Shown here in pieces: positions 49,387-61,450 of a DNA stretch of 64,000 nucleotides (position 1 is the stretch's first letter; each line of letters opens with the position of its first letter). Origin of the DNA: Carcharhinus amblyrhynchos (taxonomy: Eukaryota); NCBI GenBank assembly GCA_965287045.1, contig OZ336876.1:8184001-8248000 (forward strand). The letters are read 5' to 3'. A model generated the notes under the pieces. That model had not been told where the DNA came from and made no database searches. It was given only the letters and a program-made list of their open reading frames with translations. A program made the position numbers and the translations under genes.

Positions 49387-51316
49387 CGCTTCAGCCAAGG
49401 CTAGTCCTGCCCTAACCTGGCACCAGCACTTCAGCCAGAGTGCAATGGACAACAGAAGTTCTGACCCATCTTTCACCATCCTTCATCCAGGGTTCTGAGG
49501 CCAACTATGGTCACACACATGTTGGTCTTTTTTTTGTTGTTTTTTAAAAATTCAAACTATTTTAATTCAAATGGAAAGAAAGCAGGACAGCGCAAGAAAG
49601 AAAAAAGGGAATGTGAAAAGAAGGAAAAAGTGCAAGCGGGGAAAAAAAGGACATGAGAGTACACGTGAAAGAAATAGATGCAGACAGGGACAAAGAGTAA
49701 AAGACAGATCTTCAAGGAGACCAAGATTAAAATAATTAAAGTGAAGAACAAGCAGGAAGAGAGCTTTTTCAAGTCTTTAGTCAGTGAGCAATAGCAGAGG
49801 GGATTAAGCAGTACATTTATATAAATAACAAAAAATTCCCCTGTGGCAAGTACAGCATTTAAACCCAGTAACTGCTGAAAAAATCCCCTAACATGTGGAT
49901 GCACGCTCCTGCACAACTTTCTGCTCTTCACCCGGTCATGCTCACACATGCTGAGGAAGGGACTAACCCACTAGTATTTGCTGTGTGATACTGAGGCCAC
50001 TCTCTCGCTGCCTCTCTGTTCACCGACCCTCCTGCTCACCACTTCTCTCGCCACCCTCCCACTTGCAGTCTCTCCCACTCACCATCTCCCCCCCCGACTC
50101 TCCCATTTGTAACCTCCCTTGCTCCATTGCACATTTCATCCCTCTCACTGCATCACTTCTGAGCCCTCACTTTTGGAAGAGGACAGTTGGTGAGTAACAG
50201 GGTTGGGCAGAGAAGCAGTGAGTGGGAGGGCTGGTCAACAGGAGGGTCGGCCAACAGGTGGGTGAGTGGATGAAAGAGATGGCAGCAAGCATATAGGTCT
50301 GGGAGAGGGAAACCAGAGGGTCAGAGTGCAAGATGTGAAAAGAATTACTAAGTTATTAAGTAATAATAAGTCATTGAAGACATTAATAACTGTTATTGTT
50401 ATAATACATTACGGTCTTCAAAAGCTTCCTTCACATCAACAGATGTTTAAAATCTAAAACAGAAAATGCTGTGAACACAATGTTGTTCAGGCAGCATTCT
50501 TGGAGAGGGTAGCTTAGTTGAGATTTTAGCGCAAGCTCTTTTTTTGAATCAGAGGGGTCTTAACACTAGTGCCTGTCTGGTGTTAGAACAGCCCCTGTGC
50601 CATGGACTTGTCTGTTTCTTCTATCGATAACGACTGCCTTCCTGAATGTTTCCAGCATTTTCTTGTTTCTGTCTACTGCTGATATTAGGTTGACTCTTAT
50701 CATTTAACCTTTTATCAATAAATGTTACATTGGCTGCCCTCCAAAGAACAAAGAACAACACAGCACGGGAAACAGGCCCTTCGGCCCAACGAGCCCGTGC
50801 CGCCATCTTAACAATGCATTTTTCCTAAACCTCCTTTGACCCGTGTCTATGCTTATGGTACCCCCATTGGAAACCAGATTTTTCCAGTTTATCCAGCCTG
50901 TTCCAAATCACTCACTTTTGATTTTAAAAAAATCAAAGTTCTTGTATAGTGCTTCCACTTTCTCTACCCTGCACCTGAGTTAGTTTTAATCTCCAATCAG
51001 AATACCCTTTCTTTTAACTTTGTGTTTATTTTCTAAATACCTATTACGACTTCTACAATTTTCTTCTTCGTGCTTCCTTTTAGCTTTCCTTACTTTCTAC
51101 TTCCTATCTATATTTTGTACCATTCACTTGACTTTCTCTTGCATTTGTAATCCTAGAAGCCTTTGTAAAATGGGCAGAGGTAATATTTTTGACCCATTTG
51201 TTAGTCTGTAAAAAATTTATCTCAAAATCTAATGGGCTGATTTCAGCTGTGAAACCTGGTACATGAATGGAGCCCGGCCCAAGGAAAAACTAGTTAGTTT
51301 CTGGCAAAGGTGCAAA

Positions 51317-51398
51317 TCATAGAATCCCTATATGCAGAAGAGGTCATTGGGCCCATCGAATCTGCACCGACCACAATGTCACCCAGGCCTATCTCTAT
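51317..51398 (-). mobile_element. HE1 tail-A fragment
   Basis: aatcatagaatccctatatgcagaag..cccaggcctat. Confidence 0.6.
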
Positions 51399-51589
51399 TA
51401 TGGAATTGTTTTAATGTGCCACTTTCATCAGGAGATAGAGTGAATTGAGATTTTTGTAGAATATTGTTGGTTGTTTTATTTAGATTATTATTGATTGTTT
51501 CAGAATGCTGTAAAATTGTTGAGTTAACATGCCCTGGTAGAGGTATGCCACTGAAGGTGGATGGCAGTAATGTTTTCACTCCTGTTAGT

Positions 51590-52280
51590 CTGTCACTAAA
51601 ACAAAGATCGCCATCAACTTCAGGAAGCGTAGTGGGGGACATGCCCCTGTCTACATCAATGGGGATGAAGTAGAAATAGTTGAGAGTTTCTAGGCGTCCA
51701 GATCATCAACAACCTATTCTGGTTGATGCTATAGTTAAGAAAGCCCACCAACACCTCTACTTTCTGAGGAGGCTGAGGAAATTTGACACATCCACTATGA
51801 CTCATCAATTTTTACAGATGCGCCAGAGAAAGCATCCTTTCCAGATGTATCACAGCTTGGTATGGCACCTGCTCTGACCAAGACAGCAAGAAAGTAGAAA
51901 GGGTTGTGAACATAGCCCAATCCATCATGCAAACCAGCCTCTCATCCATGCTTCCAGCTGCCTTGGTAAAGCAAGCAGCACAAACAAAGACCCCACATAC
52001 CCTGGACATACTCTCTTTCACCTTCTTCAGTCAGGAAAAAGACATAAAAAGCCTGAGATCATGTACCAGCCGACTCAAGAATAGCTTCTTCCCTGCTACC
52101 ATCAGACTTTTGAATGGACCTACCTTGTATTAAATTGATCTTTCTCTACACCCTAACTGTTCCTCTAACACTGCATTCTGCACTACTCTGTGTACAGTAT
52201 GCTTTGTCTGTATAGTGCACAAGAAATAATATTTTCACTGTATACTAACACATGTGACAACAATAAATCAAATCAAATCA
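51590..52280 (+). mobile_element. Rex1/Babar-like LINE 3' part
   Basis: Peptides VKKAHQHLYFLRRLRKF and SRLKNSFFPATIRLLN; tail aataaatcaaatcaaatca. Confidence 0.85.
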
Positions 52281-52866
52281 TAAAAATACTTTGTTAGCAG
52301 CAGGGTGCTTCTGGTCATCCTGAGGTTGTTAAAAGTGATAAAGATATGAAAATCCTTTCTTTAAGCCAAAGGATTGCACTTTTCTGACTGGACAAAAATT
52401 AAGCAGAATCACTGGTTTACTGAGGTTAACAAATTAAACTTAATTATACTGTCCATGATCCAGATTTTTTATGTACAGTTTCAGGGTCCCATTATGAGAT
52501 TCCACCTGCTGTGGAATTCTGTGTAAACTAATATAGTACAAACTTACTTATATAGTTTGCTCTTGTAACACGGAATTCAGGTATGTAGAAAGCCTTCAGT
52601 TTCAGAATGGTAATAACTTCCAGTCACAGTATACAGTGTTTAATACCAATCCCCACTGCTCAAAATGTATAAAAGCTAACATTTGCATGAAGTTCTGATA
52701 CTCCAACTTATGTTTTTAATTATTATCCTTAATAATTGTAACTTCACAATCTTTATCACTTGCAGCCCATTTTCAAGTTGGCTGCCATTTCCAATATTTT
52801 AAAATAAAGGGCAGCAGTGTTTTATAAGTATGGTACTAATACATGTGACAATAAATCAAGTCAAAG
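52281..52866 (+). repeat. Inverted copy of 34387-34934 followed by an isolated Rex1-like tail (52834-52866)
   Basis: Colinear reverse-complement match, then tactaatacatgtgacaataaatcaagtcaaag. Confidence 0.85.
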
Positions 52867-52919
52867 CGTGTTTCTTAAAGGATCCATTAACATTGGGAAA
52901 TCATACAAATGGATCTTAA

Positions 52920-53096
52920 AAGCAGATACAACTTTGTCTTTTAAAAAGCGTTTAGACAGCTGCATGGGTAAGATGGGTATGAGGAATATGGGCCAAACAT
53001 GGGCAACTGGGACTAGCCTAAGGATTAAAAAAGGGTGGCATGGCCAAGTTGGTCCAAAGGGCCTGTTCCATGCTATAAACCTCTATGATTCTATGA
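52920..53096 (+). mobile_element. CR1-like LINE extreme 3' end
   Basis: SFKKRLD peptide; agttggtccaaagggcctgttcc..ctctatgattctatg tail. Confidence 0.65.
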
Positions 53097-54499
53097 ACAT
53101 TGTTAGTTGTTTGTTTTGGAACACTGTTGATTGTTTTAGAAAGCTGTGGATTGTCTCCACTGCTGCAGTGGAATTTGTCACAGTTGTCAAAATGTGAGCA
53201 GAATTTTCAGAGCAGGTTGTTGGGTGTTGGGTTGGCCTGAAGCCTCCTCTGTGAAATGGAAGCTCTTAAAAAATTTTTTCAGTTTTGTAATTATACCGCA
53301 TTAACCAACCTGGCAGGGAAAAGCCTCAAGGGAGAGCTGCGTAATTGTAATAAAGTTGACACTTTGTGGTGGAGGAATATGATTTAATGAGCTCCCTCTT
53401 CACTTATTATGATTTTACCCCCTTCCTTTACTTACTTGCCCAGAAGTAGATCCAATACTTGTCTCCTTTCTTATTGAACTAAGAACATGCCAATCCAGAA
53501 GGTAGTCCAGAACATATTTTAAACCCAAACATTTGTTACAATTTGCGTAACCTGTTATAATGGACTGATTTTCTTTCTCTGCCTCCACTTTGAACATGTT
53601 TTCCTCCACCTCCTGATCATTCAAAATTCCTCTCTTCTCCCCCCTTTAACTCCAGCAAGTGAACTTTGCTTTTGTGCTGTTCTGCAGATCCTCCTTGTGC
53701 TCCCATGCTGTAATAGATTTGGGTTGATAACATATCCCCAACTTTTTTCTGTCTTCTGTTTGGACTTAGCTGATTCCCTATTAAGACTGTTGTGTCAGAA
53801 CTCGCTTCACCACCCCACCAGTTCACTTTTTGTCCTGAGTACGTGTATGTTCATGCATGTCAAGCTCAACTGAACATCAGTTCAACAACCCTTTTCTCAT
53901 TTCTCTTTCTCTTGACCTCCCTATTTTTGTGATTTCTCCCTTTACCTTGTTGACACCCTTTTATCCCTTTTGCTTTCCATCACTTTTTCTTTTTGTGCCC
54001 TTCCTTTCTCCCCTATTATAAGCCTTTCATTGCTTGCAGTGTTCAGGTAAAACCACTCCTTTCTTTTCACATTACTCCTGAGACAGAACAGTTTCCAAAA
54101 TAATTCTGAACATCCCACCTCTTGCATCTTTTCTTTAGCTTTGTATTTGCATTCCTTAAGTAATGATGAACCACTGGCACTAGGAACCATCCTGAAATAC
54201 TCCCTTCAAGGCTTACAATTTATCATCTAGCTCCTGAAAATCCCTTTGAGATATTTGGTCTCCAAGATCCTCTGTACATACCTTGTTGCATCCCTTTCCC
54301 TGCTAGTTGTTCAGGACTCTAAGCTGCAGCTGTAAAAGCAAAGGTTACTATTGGGTTTCTGCACTTTACCTTACCTTTGACAATCACTTGCTTTGTGATG
54401 CTGGTTTTTCTCAAGATTGCAGTCCTTCACGTTATTGTCATTGGCACATGTGTCCAGCACGGATTAACTGTTTTGCCAAATGAATACTTGGTATTCATT

Positions 54500-56431
54500 T
54501 AAATGAGGTTTAAATGTCAACAAAGAATGACAAAGAAGTTGATAAGGAAGGGTAGGATAAACTATGAAGCTGGGCTAGTGCTTAATATAAAAAAGGATAG
54601 CAAGAGTTTTTATAAATACATGAAAAGGAAGAGGCTGGCAAGGGTGAACGTTGGACCCTTAGAGGATGAGAGAGGGGACTTAGTGGTGGGGGATGGGGAA
54701 ATGGCTGAGGCCCTGAATAACTTTTTTGTTTCGGTCTTCACGAAGGAGGATAATTTGCTGGGTGTTAGCGATGGAAAGATGGTAGGAGTGGAGGGCCTGA
54801 ATGACATTATTGTTACTAGAGAGGCAGTGCGCGACAGACTGGAGGGACTGATTGTGGACAAGTCCCCAGGACCGGATGGAATGCATCCAAGGGTTCTGAA
54901 AGAAATGGCGGAGGTGATAGTGGATGCCTTGCTGATTATTTTCCAAACGTCGCTGGATTCCGGGGAAGTGCCGGAAGATTGGAAAGTGGCTAATGTTATG
55001 CCGTTGTTTAAGAAGGGTGGCAGGCAAAAGGCGGGGAATTATAGGCCAGTTAGTTTAATGTCTGTTGTAGGAAAAATGTTAGAATCCATGATCAAGGAGA
55101 AAACAGTGAGGCATCTTGAAGAGAATTGTTTGGTAGAGCAGACACAGCACGGTTCCGTTAAGGGGAAGTCGTGTCTGACGAATTTATTGGAGTTCTTTGA
55201 GGATGTGTCTAGGGTGGTGGATAGAGGAGAGCCGGTGGATGTGGTGTTTCTTGATTTTCAGAAGGTGTTTGACAAGGTGCCTCACAAGAGGTTATTACAG
55301 AAGGTCAGGGGGCATGGAGTTGGGGGTAGGGTGTTAGCGTGGATAGAGGATTGGCTGTCAAATAGGAGGCAGAGAGTGGGGGTCAATGGGTGCTGTTCGG
55401 ATTGGCGGTTGGTGACTAGTGGAGTGCCCCAGGGGTCGGTGCTGGGGCATCAGCTATTTACCATTTATATAGATGATCTGGAGGAGGGAACCGAGTGTAT
55501 GGTGTCGAAATTTGCTGATGACACCAAGATTGGTGGAACGGCAAATTGTGCGGAGGGTGTGGAGAGTCTGCAGAAGGATCTAGATAGGCTGGGCGAATGG
55601 GCCAGGAACTGGCAAATGGAATTTAATGTTGGCAAATGTGAGGTTGTCCACTTTGGTAGGAAGGACTATTACTTACGTGGCGAAAAACTGCAGCATGCGA
55701 TGGTGCAGAGGGACCTCAGGGTCCTTGTGCATGAGTCGCAAAAACCCAGCCTGCAGGTGCAGCAGGTGGTCAGGAAGGCGAATGGGATGCTGGCCTTCAT
55801 AGCGAGGGGGATTGAATATAAAAGTAGGGAGGTCTTGCTGCAGCTGTTTAGGGCACTGGTGAGGCCGCAGCTGGAGTACTGTGTGCAGTTTTGGTTGCTG
55901 CACCTACGCAAGGATATTTTGGCCTTGGAGGGAGTGCAGAGGAGGTTTACTAGGCTGATTCCAGAGTTGAGGGGGTTGAACTATGAGGAGAGGCTGAATA
56001 AACTAGGCTTGTACTCGTTAGAGTTTAGAAGAATGAGGGGAGATCTCATTGAGACGTATAAGATGTTGAATGGGATGGATAGGATAGAGTTGGAGAGGCT
56101 CTTCCCGCTCAGAAAGGACAGTAGGACTAGAGGGCACAGCCTCAAGATAAAGGGGGGGCGGTTTAGAACGGAGTTGAGGAGCAACTTTTTCACTCAAAGG
56201 GTGGTGAATCTCTGGAATTCTCTGCCCGTTGAAGTGATGGAGGCTGCCTCGCTCAATATTTTTAAGACGCGGGTTGATAGGTTTTTGATAGGCAAGGGGA
56301 TTAAGGGTTATGGGGAGAGGGCGGGAATGTGGAACTGAGCCACAACAGATCAGCCATGATCTTATTGAATGGTGGGGCAGGCTCGAGGGGCTAGATGGCC
56401 TACTCCTGCTCCAATTTCTTATGTTCTTATG
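54500..56431 (+). mobile_element. Young 5'-truncated CR1-like LINE
   Basis: Uninterrupted RT ORF, short 3' UTR and (TTCTTATG)n tail. Confidence 0.95.
54503..56338 (+). CDS. CR1 ORF2 reverse-transcriptase portion (611 codons, endonuclease missing); probably not expressed as a protein
   Basis: Motifs KSPGPDG, NYRPVSL, FLDFQKVFDKV, GVPQGSVLG and KFADDTK. Confidence 0.8.
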   Translation: MRFKCQQRMTKKLIRKGRINYEAGLVLNIKKDSKSFYKYMKRKRLARVNVGPLEDERGDLVVGDGEMAEALNNFFVSVFTKEDNLLGVSDGKMVGVEGLNDIIVTREAVRDRLEGLIVDKSPGPDGMHPRVLKEMAEVIVDALLIIFQTSLDSGEVPEDWKVANVMPLFKKGGRQKAGNYRPVSLMSVVGKMLESMIKEKTVRHLEENCLVEQTQHGSVKGKSCLTNLLEFFEDVSRVVDRGEPVDVVFLDFQKVFDKVPHKRLLQKVRGHGVGGRVLAWIEDWLSNRRQRVGVNGCCSDWRLVTSGVPQGSVLGHQLFTIYIDDLEEGTECMVSKFADDTKIGGTANCAEGVESLQKDLDRLGEWARNWQMEFNVGKCEVVHFGRKDYYLRGEKLQHAMVQRDLRVLVHESQKPSLQVQQVVRKANGMLAFIARGIEYKSREVLLQLFRALVRPQLEYCVQFWLLHLRKDILALEGVQRRFTRLIPELRGLNYEERLNKLGLYSLEFRRMRGDLIETYKMLNGMDRIELERLFPLRKDSRTRGHSLKIKGGRFRTELRSNFFTQRVVNLWNSLPVEVMEAASLNIFKTRVDRFLIGKGIKGYGERAGMWN

Positions 56432-57254
56432 GTAAGGGAGTGAAAGAAGGGAGAGATTTTTGTAGTACTCTGATTTTCTTCCTATCCTGCGTCTTCTCTT
56501 ATCAAGTGGTTGAAGAAATTGTTGCATTTTTGCTTGTTGGAGATTGTTCACTTGAAATCGCTGAGCCTCTCATTTTTGGGATGGGATGTAGCACAGCAGG
56601 GAATATATGGACAAAAATTTGTGATCAGACGGTGTGTACATATAAATCTTGCTGTCTTTTCCCCTCTCTGTCTGCTGCTCAAGGAGTTGCTCGTAGGGTT
56701 GTAGGATGCAGTGAAAGTTGAATATTAATGTAAAAGGCACAGAGCTTAGTAGAGACAAATAGACCTGGTATTTGGAAAGAGGTTTTGGATTGTGACTTAT
56801 GAGCTGGTGTTTCTAATTGGCTTATTCATTTAGAAGAAAATACTGCACCTTCCAAACTCGCGGCCATTATCATCTAGAGGGACAAGGGCAGGGGACACAT
56901 GGAAACACCATCACCTGGAGGTTCCCTTCCAAGTCTCTCACCACCCTGACTTGGAGGTATATTGCTGTTCCTTTATTGTCACAGGGTCAAAATCCTGGAA
57001 CTCCTTGCCTAACGGTGCTGTGAATATATCAGTGGCATACGGACTGCAGCACTTCAGAAGGTGGTGGTGACCTGCCTTCTTGAACAGCAATTAGAGATGG
57101 GCAATGAATACTGACCTAGCCAGCCAAGCCCACACCCTGTGAATGTATTTTTAAAAAGCATACTGAAGTGTAATGTGCAGCAAGTGCAATTATATTTACA
57201 GAGTTCTCCCCTCATGGCAAGTTAGGGGCACACTATTTTCTTACGTCAGATATT

Positions 57255-57572
57255 AGGGTGGCACAGTGGTTAGCACTGATGCCTCAAAGCGCCAGGGACC
57301 CGGATCAATCACAGCTTGGGTTACTATGTGCGGAGTCTGCACATTCTCCTGTGTCTTCTTGGGTTTCCTCCGGGTGCTCCAGTTTCCTCCCACGGTCCAA
57401 AGATATGCAGGTAAGGTGGATTGGCCATGATAAATTGTCCTTTAGTGTCGGGGGACTAACTAGGATAAATACAAAGGGTTATGGGGATAGGGTATGGGTG
57501 GGATTGTGGTCAGTACAGACTTAATGGGCTGAATGGCCAGCTTCTGCACTGTAGGGATTCTATGATTCTATG
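57255..57572 (+). mobile_element. HE1-type V-SINE (tail A)
   Basis: gggtggcacagtggttagcact head; ctgtagggattctatgattctatg tail. Confidence 0.9.
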
Positions 57573-57829
57573 CCATACAGTGCACAAGAGTGCACTTTAT
57601 CACACATTGAGCATTTGAGTGTTTGTAAAGTGTTATCAGTCCATTACTTCCTTGATTACGAACCTAACTGTTAAACATGCTTCTGAATGTTTGTGCTCTG
57701 TATTTAGGCCTTGGGCAGTATTATCAATGTATTCACCTTATGTGGCAGCAAATTGGTAATCAGATGTGGCAAATTACATTTCAAAGAAGCCATGAAGAAT
57801 GAGTAAAGGACACACTTCTGGGTCGTATC

Positions 57830-58387
57830 AGCTGGAATTTTACCAAAAAAAGACTTCAGTGTCATCTTAGGCAAGGAAGTAGGTGTGATCAGCACAAATC
57901 AGATCACAATCATCTGACAGCAAATCTGAGAGGGGCAGGACCTAAACACGCTGGTGAGGCCTGCTACAGAGCTATCAGGCGCCATTTTAAAAGGACGCCC
58001 TGACCCCTCAGTGCACCGTGCTCCCTCCTCCCATAGACATAGGGATTTCCCCCCATCCCCTCCCCAACATGGATCTCCCAAACTGATACAGTCAGTGTGC
58101 CAGTTGGGCACTGTTCAGTCATGCTCCTGACCACCCAGAGACTTCAATGGCCTCAGGGATTCCCCGGCATAGCCATCTGCTGGAAACCAGTAATGATTCT
58201 TGCCAGGTTCTTGCCATGCCCAGGGGTCGGAAGATCTGGGCGAGACCCAGTTTGTGCCAGCAACAACAGAGTGGGACAGTTGTAAAGCGTTTGACACTAG
58301 GCGCAAAACCAGTTTTTATGTCTGTGCACAATTTTCTGAGATTGGCATCTCCTGTGCCAGGCGTGGCAAGGCTGGAAAATTGCAGCC
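57830..58387. mobile_element. Putative non-autonomous DNA transposon (MITE, possibly Harbinger-like)
   Basis: Imperfect TIRs agctggaattttacca / tggaaaattgcagcc; flanking atc at 57827-57829 and 58388-58390. Confidence 0.4.
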
Positions 58388-58599
58388 ATCATCCCAATAC
58401 TTATATTGGCACAATGTGCCAATCTCGCGTATTTATTGGAAAGATGAAAGGCAAAGCAATTGATCTTGTAGATTATCAGTCTTTTACTTGGTTACTGAAT
58501 AGAGACACATGTGAAACACTTTTACCTTCGTTATGTGAATATGCTTTCCACTAAAATTCTTGAATGTGATTAAAATGGTGTTGCTGTCATCATAATGTA

Positions 58600-61450
58600 G
58601 AAACATTGAAAGTAGCAGAAGGAGGCCATTCAGCCCTTCACATCAGCTTCACCATTCATTATGATCGTGGCTCATCTTCCAGTTCCGTAATCTGTTCTTG
58701 CTTTCTTCCCTTATCCTTTGATTCCCTTTAGCCCCAAGAGCTATATGTAACTCTTTCTTAGAAACAAACAAATATTTTCACCTCAACTATTTTCTGTGGT
58801 AGAGAATACTTGAAGACATTTCTGCTTGGCAATGGTTTACCCCATATCCTCAGACTGTGACTGACTTAACTTCCCTGCCATTGGGAACATCCTTTCTGCA
58901 TCTACCTTGTCTAGTTAGTTCTATTACAATTGAATAGGTTCCTATGAGATCCACCACCCTCCTAGTCATAACCGGCTCAATCTTTCCTCCACATCAGTCC
59001 TGCCACCCCAAGAATCAGCCTGGTAAATCTTCTGTGCAATCTTTCCATAGCAAGCATATCCTTCCTTGGATAAGGAGACCAAAACTGCATACAATATTCT
59101 AGGTATGGTCTCACCAAGGCCCCGTATAACTGCTCCTTTACTCAAATCCTCTTGCTGTGAAGGTCAGCATACCATTTGCCATTTTCACCGCCTGCTGCAC
59201 CAACATGCTTACTTTCACTCTCCTCCCTCTATCTATAGATATTCAAATAAGAATCTGACTTCCTGTTGTCACTACCAAAGCGGATAACCTCACATTTATC
59301 CACATTGTACTGCATCTGCCATGCATTTGCCCATTCAACAACTTGTCCAAATCACACTGAAGCATCTCTGCATCCTCCTCACAGCTCACCCTCCCACCGA
59401 GTTTTGCAAATTTGGAGATATTACATTTAGTTCCCTTAACTAAATCCATGATCCCTGCAATACCGCACTAATCACTGCCTGCCACTTGGAAAAAGAATCT
59501 TTGTTTCCTGTATGCCAACCAGTTTTCTATCCACCTTAATACATTATCTCCAATCCTATGCACTTTAATCTTAAACGTTAATATCTTATGTGAGACCATG
59601 TCAAAAGCCTTCTGCTGGCTTCCCCTCATCAGCTCTACTAGTTACATCTCAAAGAATTCCAGTAGATTGATTTGAGCATGATTTCCTTTTTGTAAATCCA
59701 TGCTGACTCTGTCAAATCTGACATTATTTTCCAAGTGCTCTGCTGTTAAATTTTTATGATGTGCTCTACCGTTTTATCATGTTGTAGTCGCTCATCCTGA
59801 AAGGGATCTTGCACAACTAGATTGCCAATTATTCCTTTTTCATTACACAATACCCAGTATAGGATGGCCGATTCCTAAACATGTTGGTCTAGAAAACTAT
59901 CTCGTAGTCAAGGATTTTTCCTCTATGTATTGTTATTAATTTGATCAACCCAATCTATATGCAAATTGAAGTCATTCATAATTACAGATATTCCTTCTTC
60001 GCTTCCATCTGTAATTTACTGTTTAATGCCATCCCCAAAATCATCACTACAATTTGGGGTCTATGTACAACCCCAAATGTTTATTGCCTCTTGGTATTTC
60101 TCAGCTCTACTCATACAGATTCCACAACATTGGAACTAATATTCTGCCTCACTATTGCATTACTTGTCCCTTTAACCAGCAATGCAACCCCACTGCCTTT
60201 TTCTTTTTGTCTGTCCTTCCTAAATACTGACTGTTCAGTTTCCATCCCTGGTCACCCTGAAGCCATGTCTCCATAATCCCAACTACATCATGTCCATTTA
60301 CATTCATTTGTGCGATTAATTCAGCCACTTCATTGTGAATGCACTGCACATTAAGCACAAAGCCTTAAGGCTTGTCTTTGTAGCATTCTTTGTCCCATTC
60401 TCATTACTTTTCACTGTGGCCCTGTTTGATTCTGGCCCTTGATTTCTCTGCCTATCACTTTTCTTATTCTCCTTTCTGTCTTTTCCTCATCCTTTTCTCC
60501 CCCCTCCTCTGACTGCTCGCGTAAGGTCTCATCCCTCTGCCATTTTTGTTTAAGTCCTCTCCAACTAAAAGGTAAAATTTATTTATTAGTCACAAGTAAT
60601 TAACACTGCAATGAAGTTAGTGTGAAATTCCCATAGTCGTCACAGTCCGGCACCTGTTCAGGTCAATGCACCTAACCAGCATGTCTTTCAGAATGTGGGG
60701 GAAAACGGGAGCACCCGGAGGAAACCCACACATACACAGGGATAATGTGCAGGCTCCGCACAGGCAGTGACCCAAGCTGGGAATTGAACCTGGTCCCTGG
60801 CACTGAGGCAGCAGTGCTAACCATTGTGCTACTGCAAGTACCGTTCCCACGATATCAGTCCCGATCCTGCACAAGTGTAACCTCTCCAATTTCTACTGAT
60901 CCTACCTCCCCTAGAATCAGCCTTAATATCCTAGGAATCTGAAACCCTCCCCCTCACGTCATCTATTCATCTGATATGTCCTGCTGTTTCCACTCTGACT
61001 AGCACGTGGCACTGGTGCTAATCCTGAAATCACTACCTTTGAGGTCCTACTTTTCAATTTGCTTCCTAACTCCCGATATTCTGCTGTTTGGCCTCATCCT
61101 TTTTTTTAACCTGTGCCATTTGTATCAATGTGTACCATGACCACTGGCTGTGTACCCCCTTCCCCTCCTGAATGTCCTACCGCTGCTCTGCACAGATGAT
61201 TCCTGCACTGCCTGCCTTATCCTCTTGCTCTATCTGATGGTCACCCATTTCCTACCTATAGAGTCTTAGCCTGCTGTGCGACCACCTCTCCATAATGCTG
61301 TCGATGATACTCTACATGCCATGGATGTTCCACAGTGTCCCTGGTCACCGCTCCAGCTCTGAAATCTGAGCTTCTAGGAGCAACTTCCTGCACGCATGCT
61401 GGCCCTGACACTGGCAATATTCCAGGCTTCCCACATAAAGCAAGAGGAGC
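58600..61450 (-). mobile_element. Old, internally deleted, long CR1-like LINE extending into the APE endonuclease region
   Basis: 3' tail near 58610; RT remnant TKCNISKFA; APE remnant LNVQCIHNEVAELIAQMNVNGHDVVGIMETWLQGDQGW (60358-60240). Extent beyond 60560 is less certain. Confidence 0.7.
60574..60832 (-). mobile_element. HE1-type V-SINE (tail B)
   Basis: tttatttattagtcacaagta tail; gcagcagtgctaaccattgtgc head. Confidence 0.85.

Noticed and set aside
57255-57330. tRNA genes at SINE heads
   Set aside because: The A/B-box-like heads run straight into SINE bodies and do not form complete cloverleaves.
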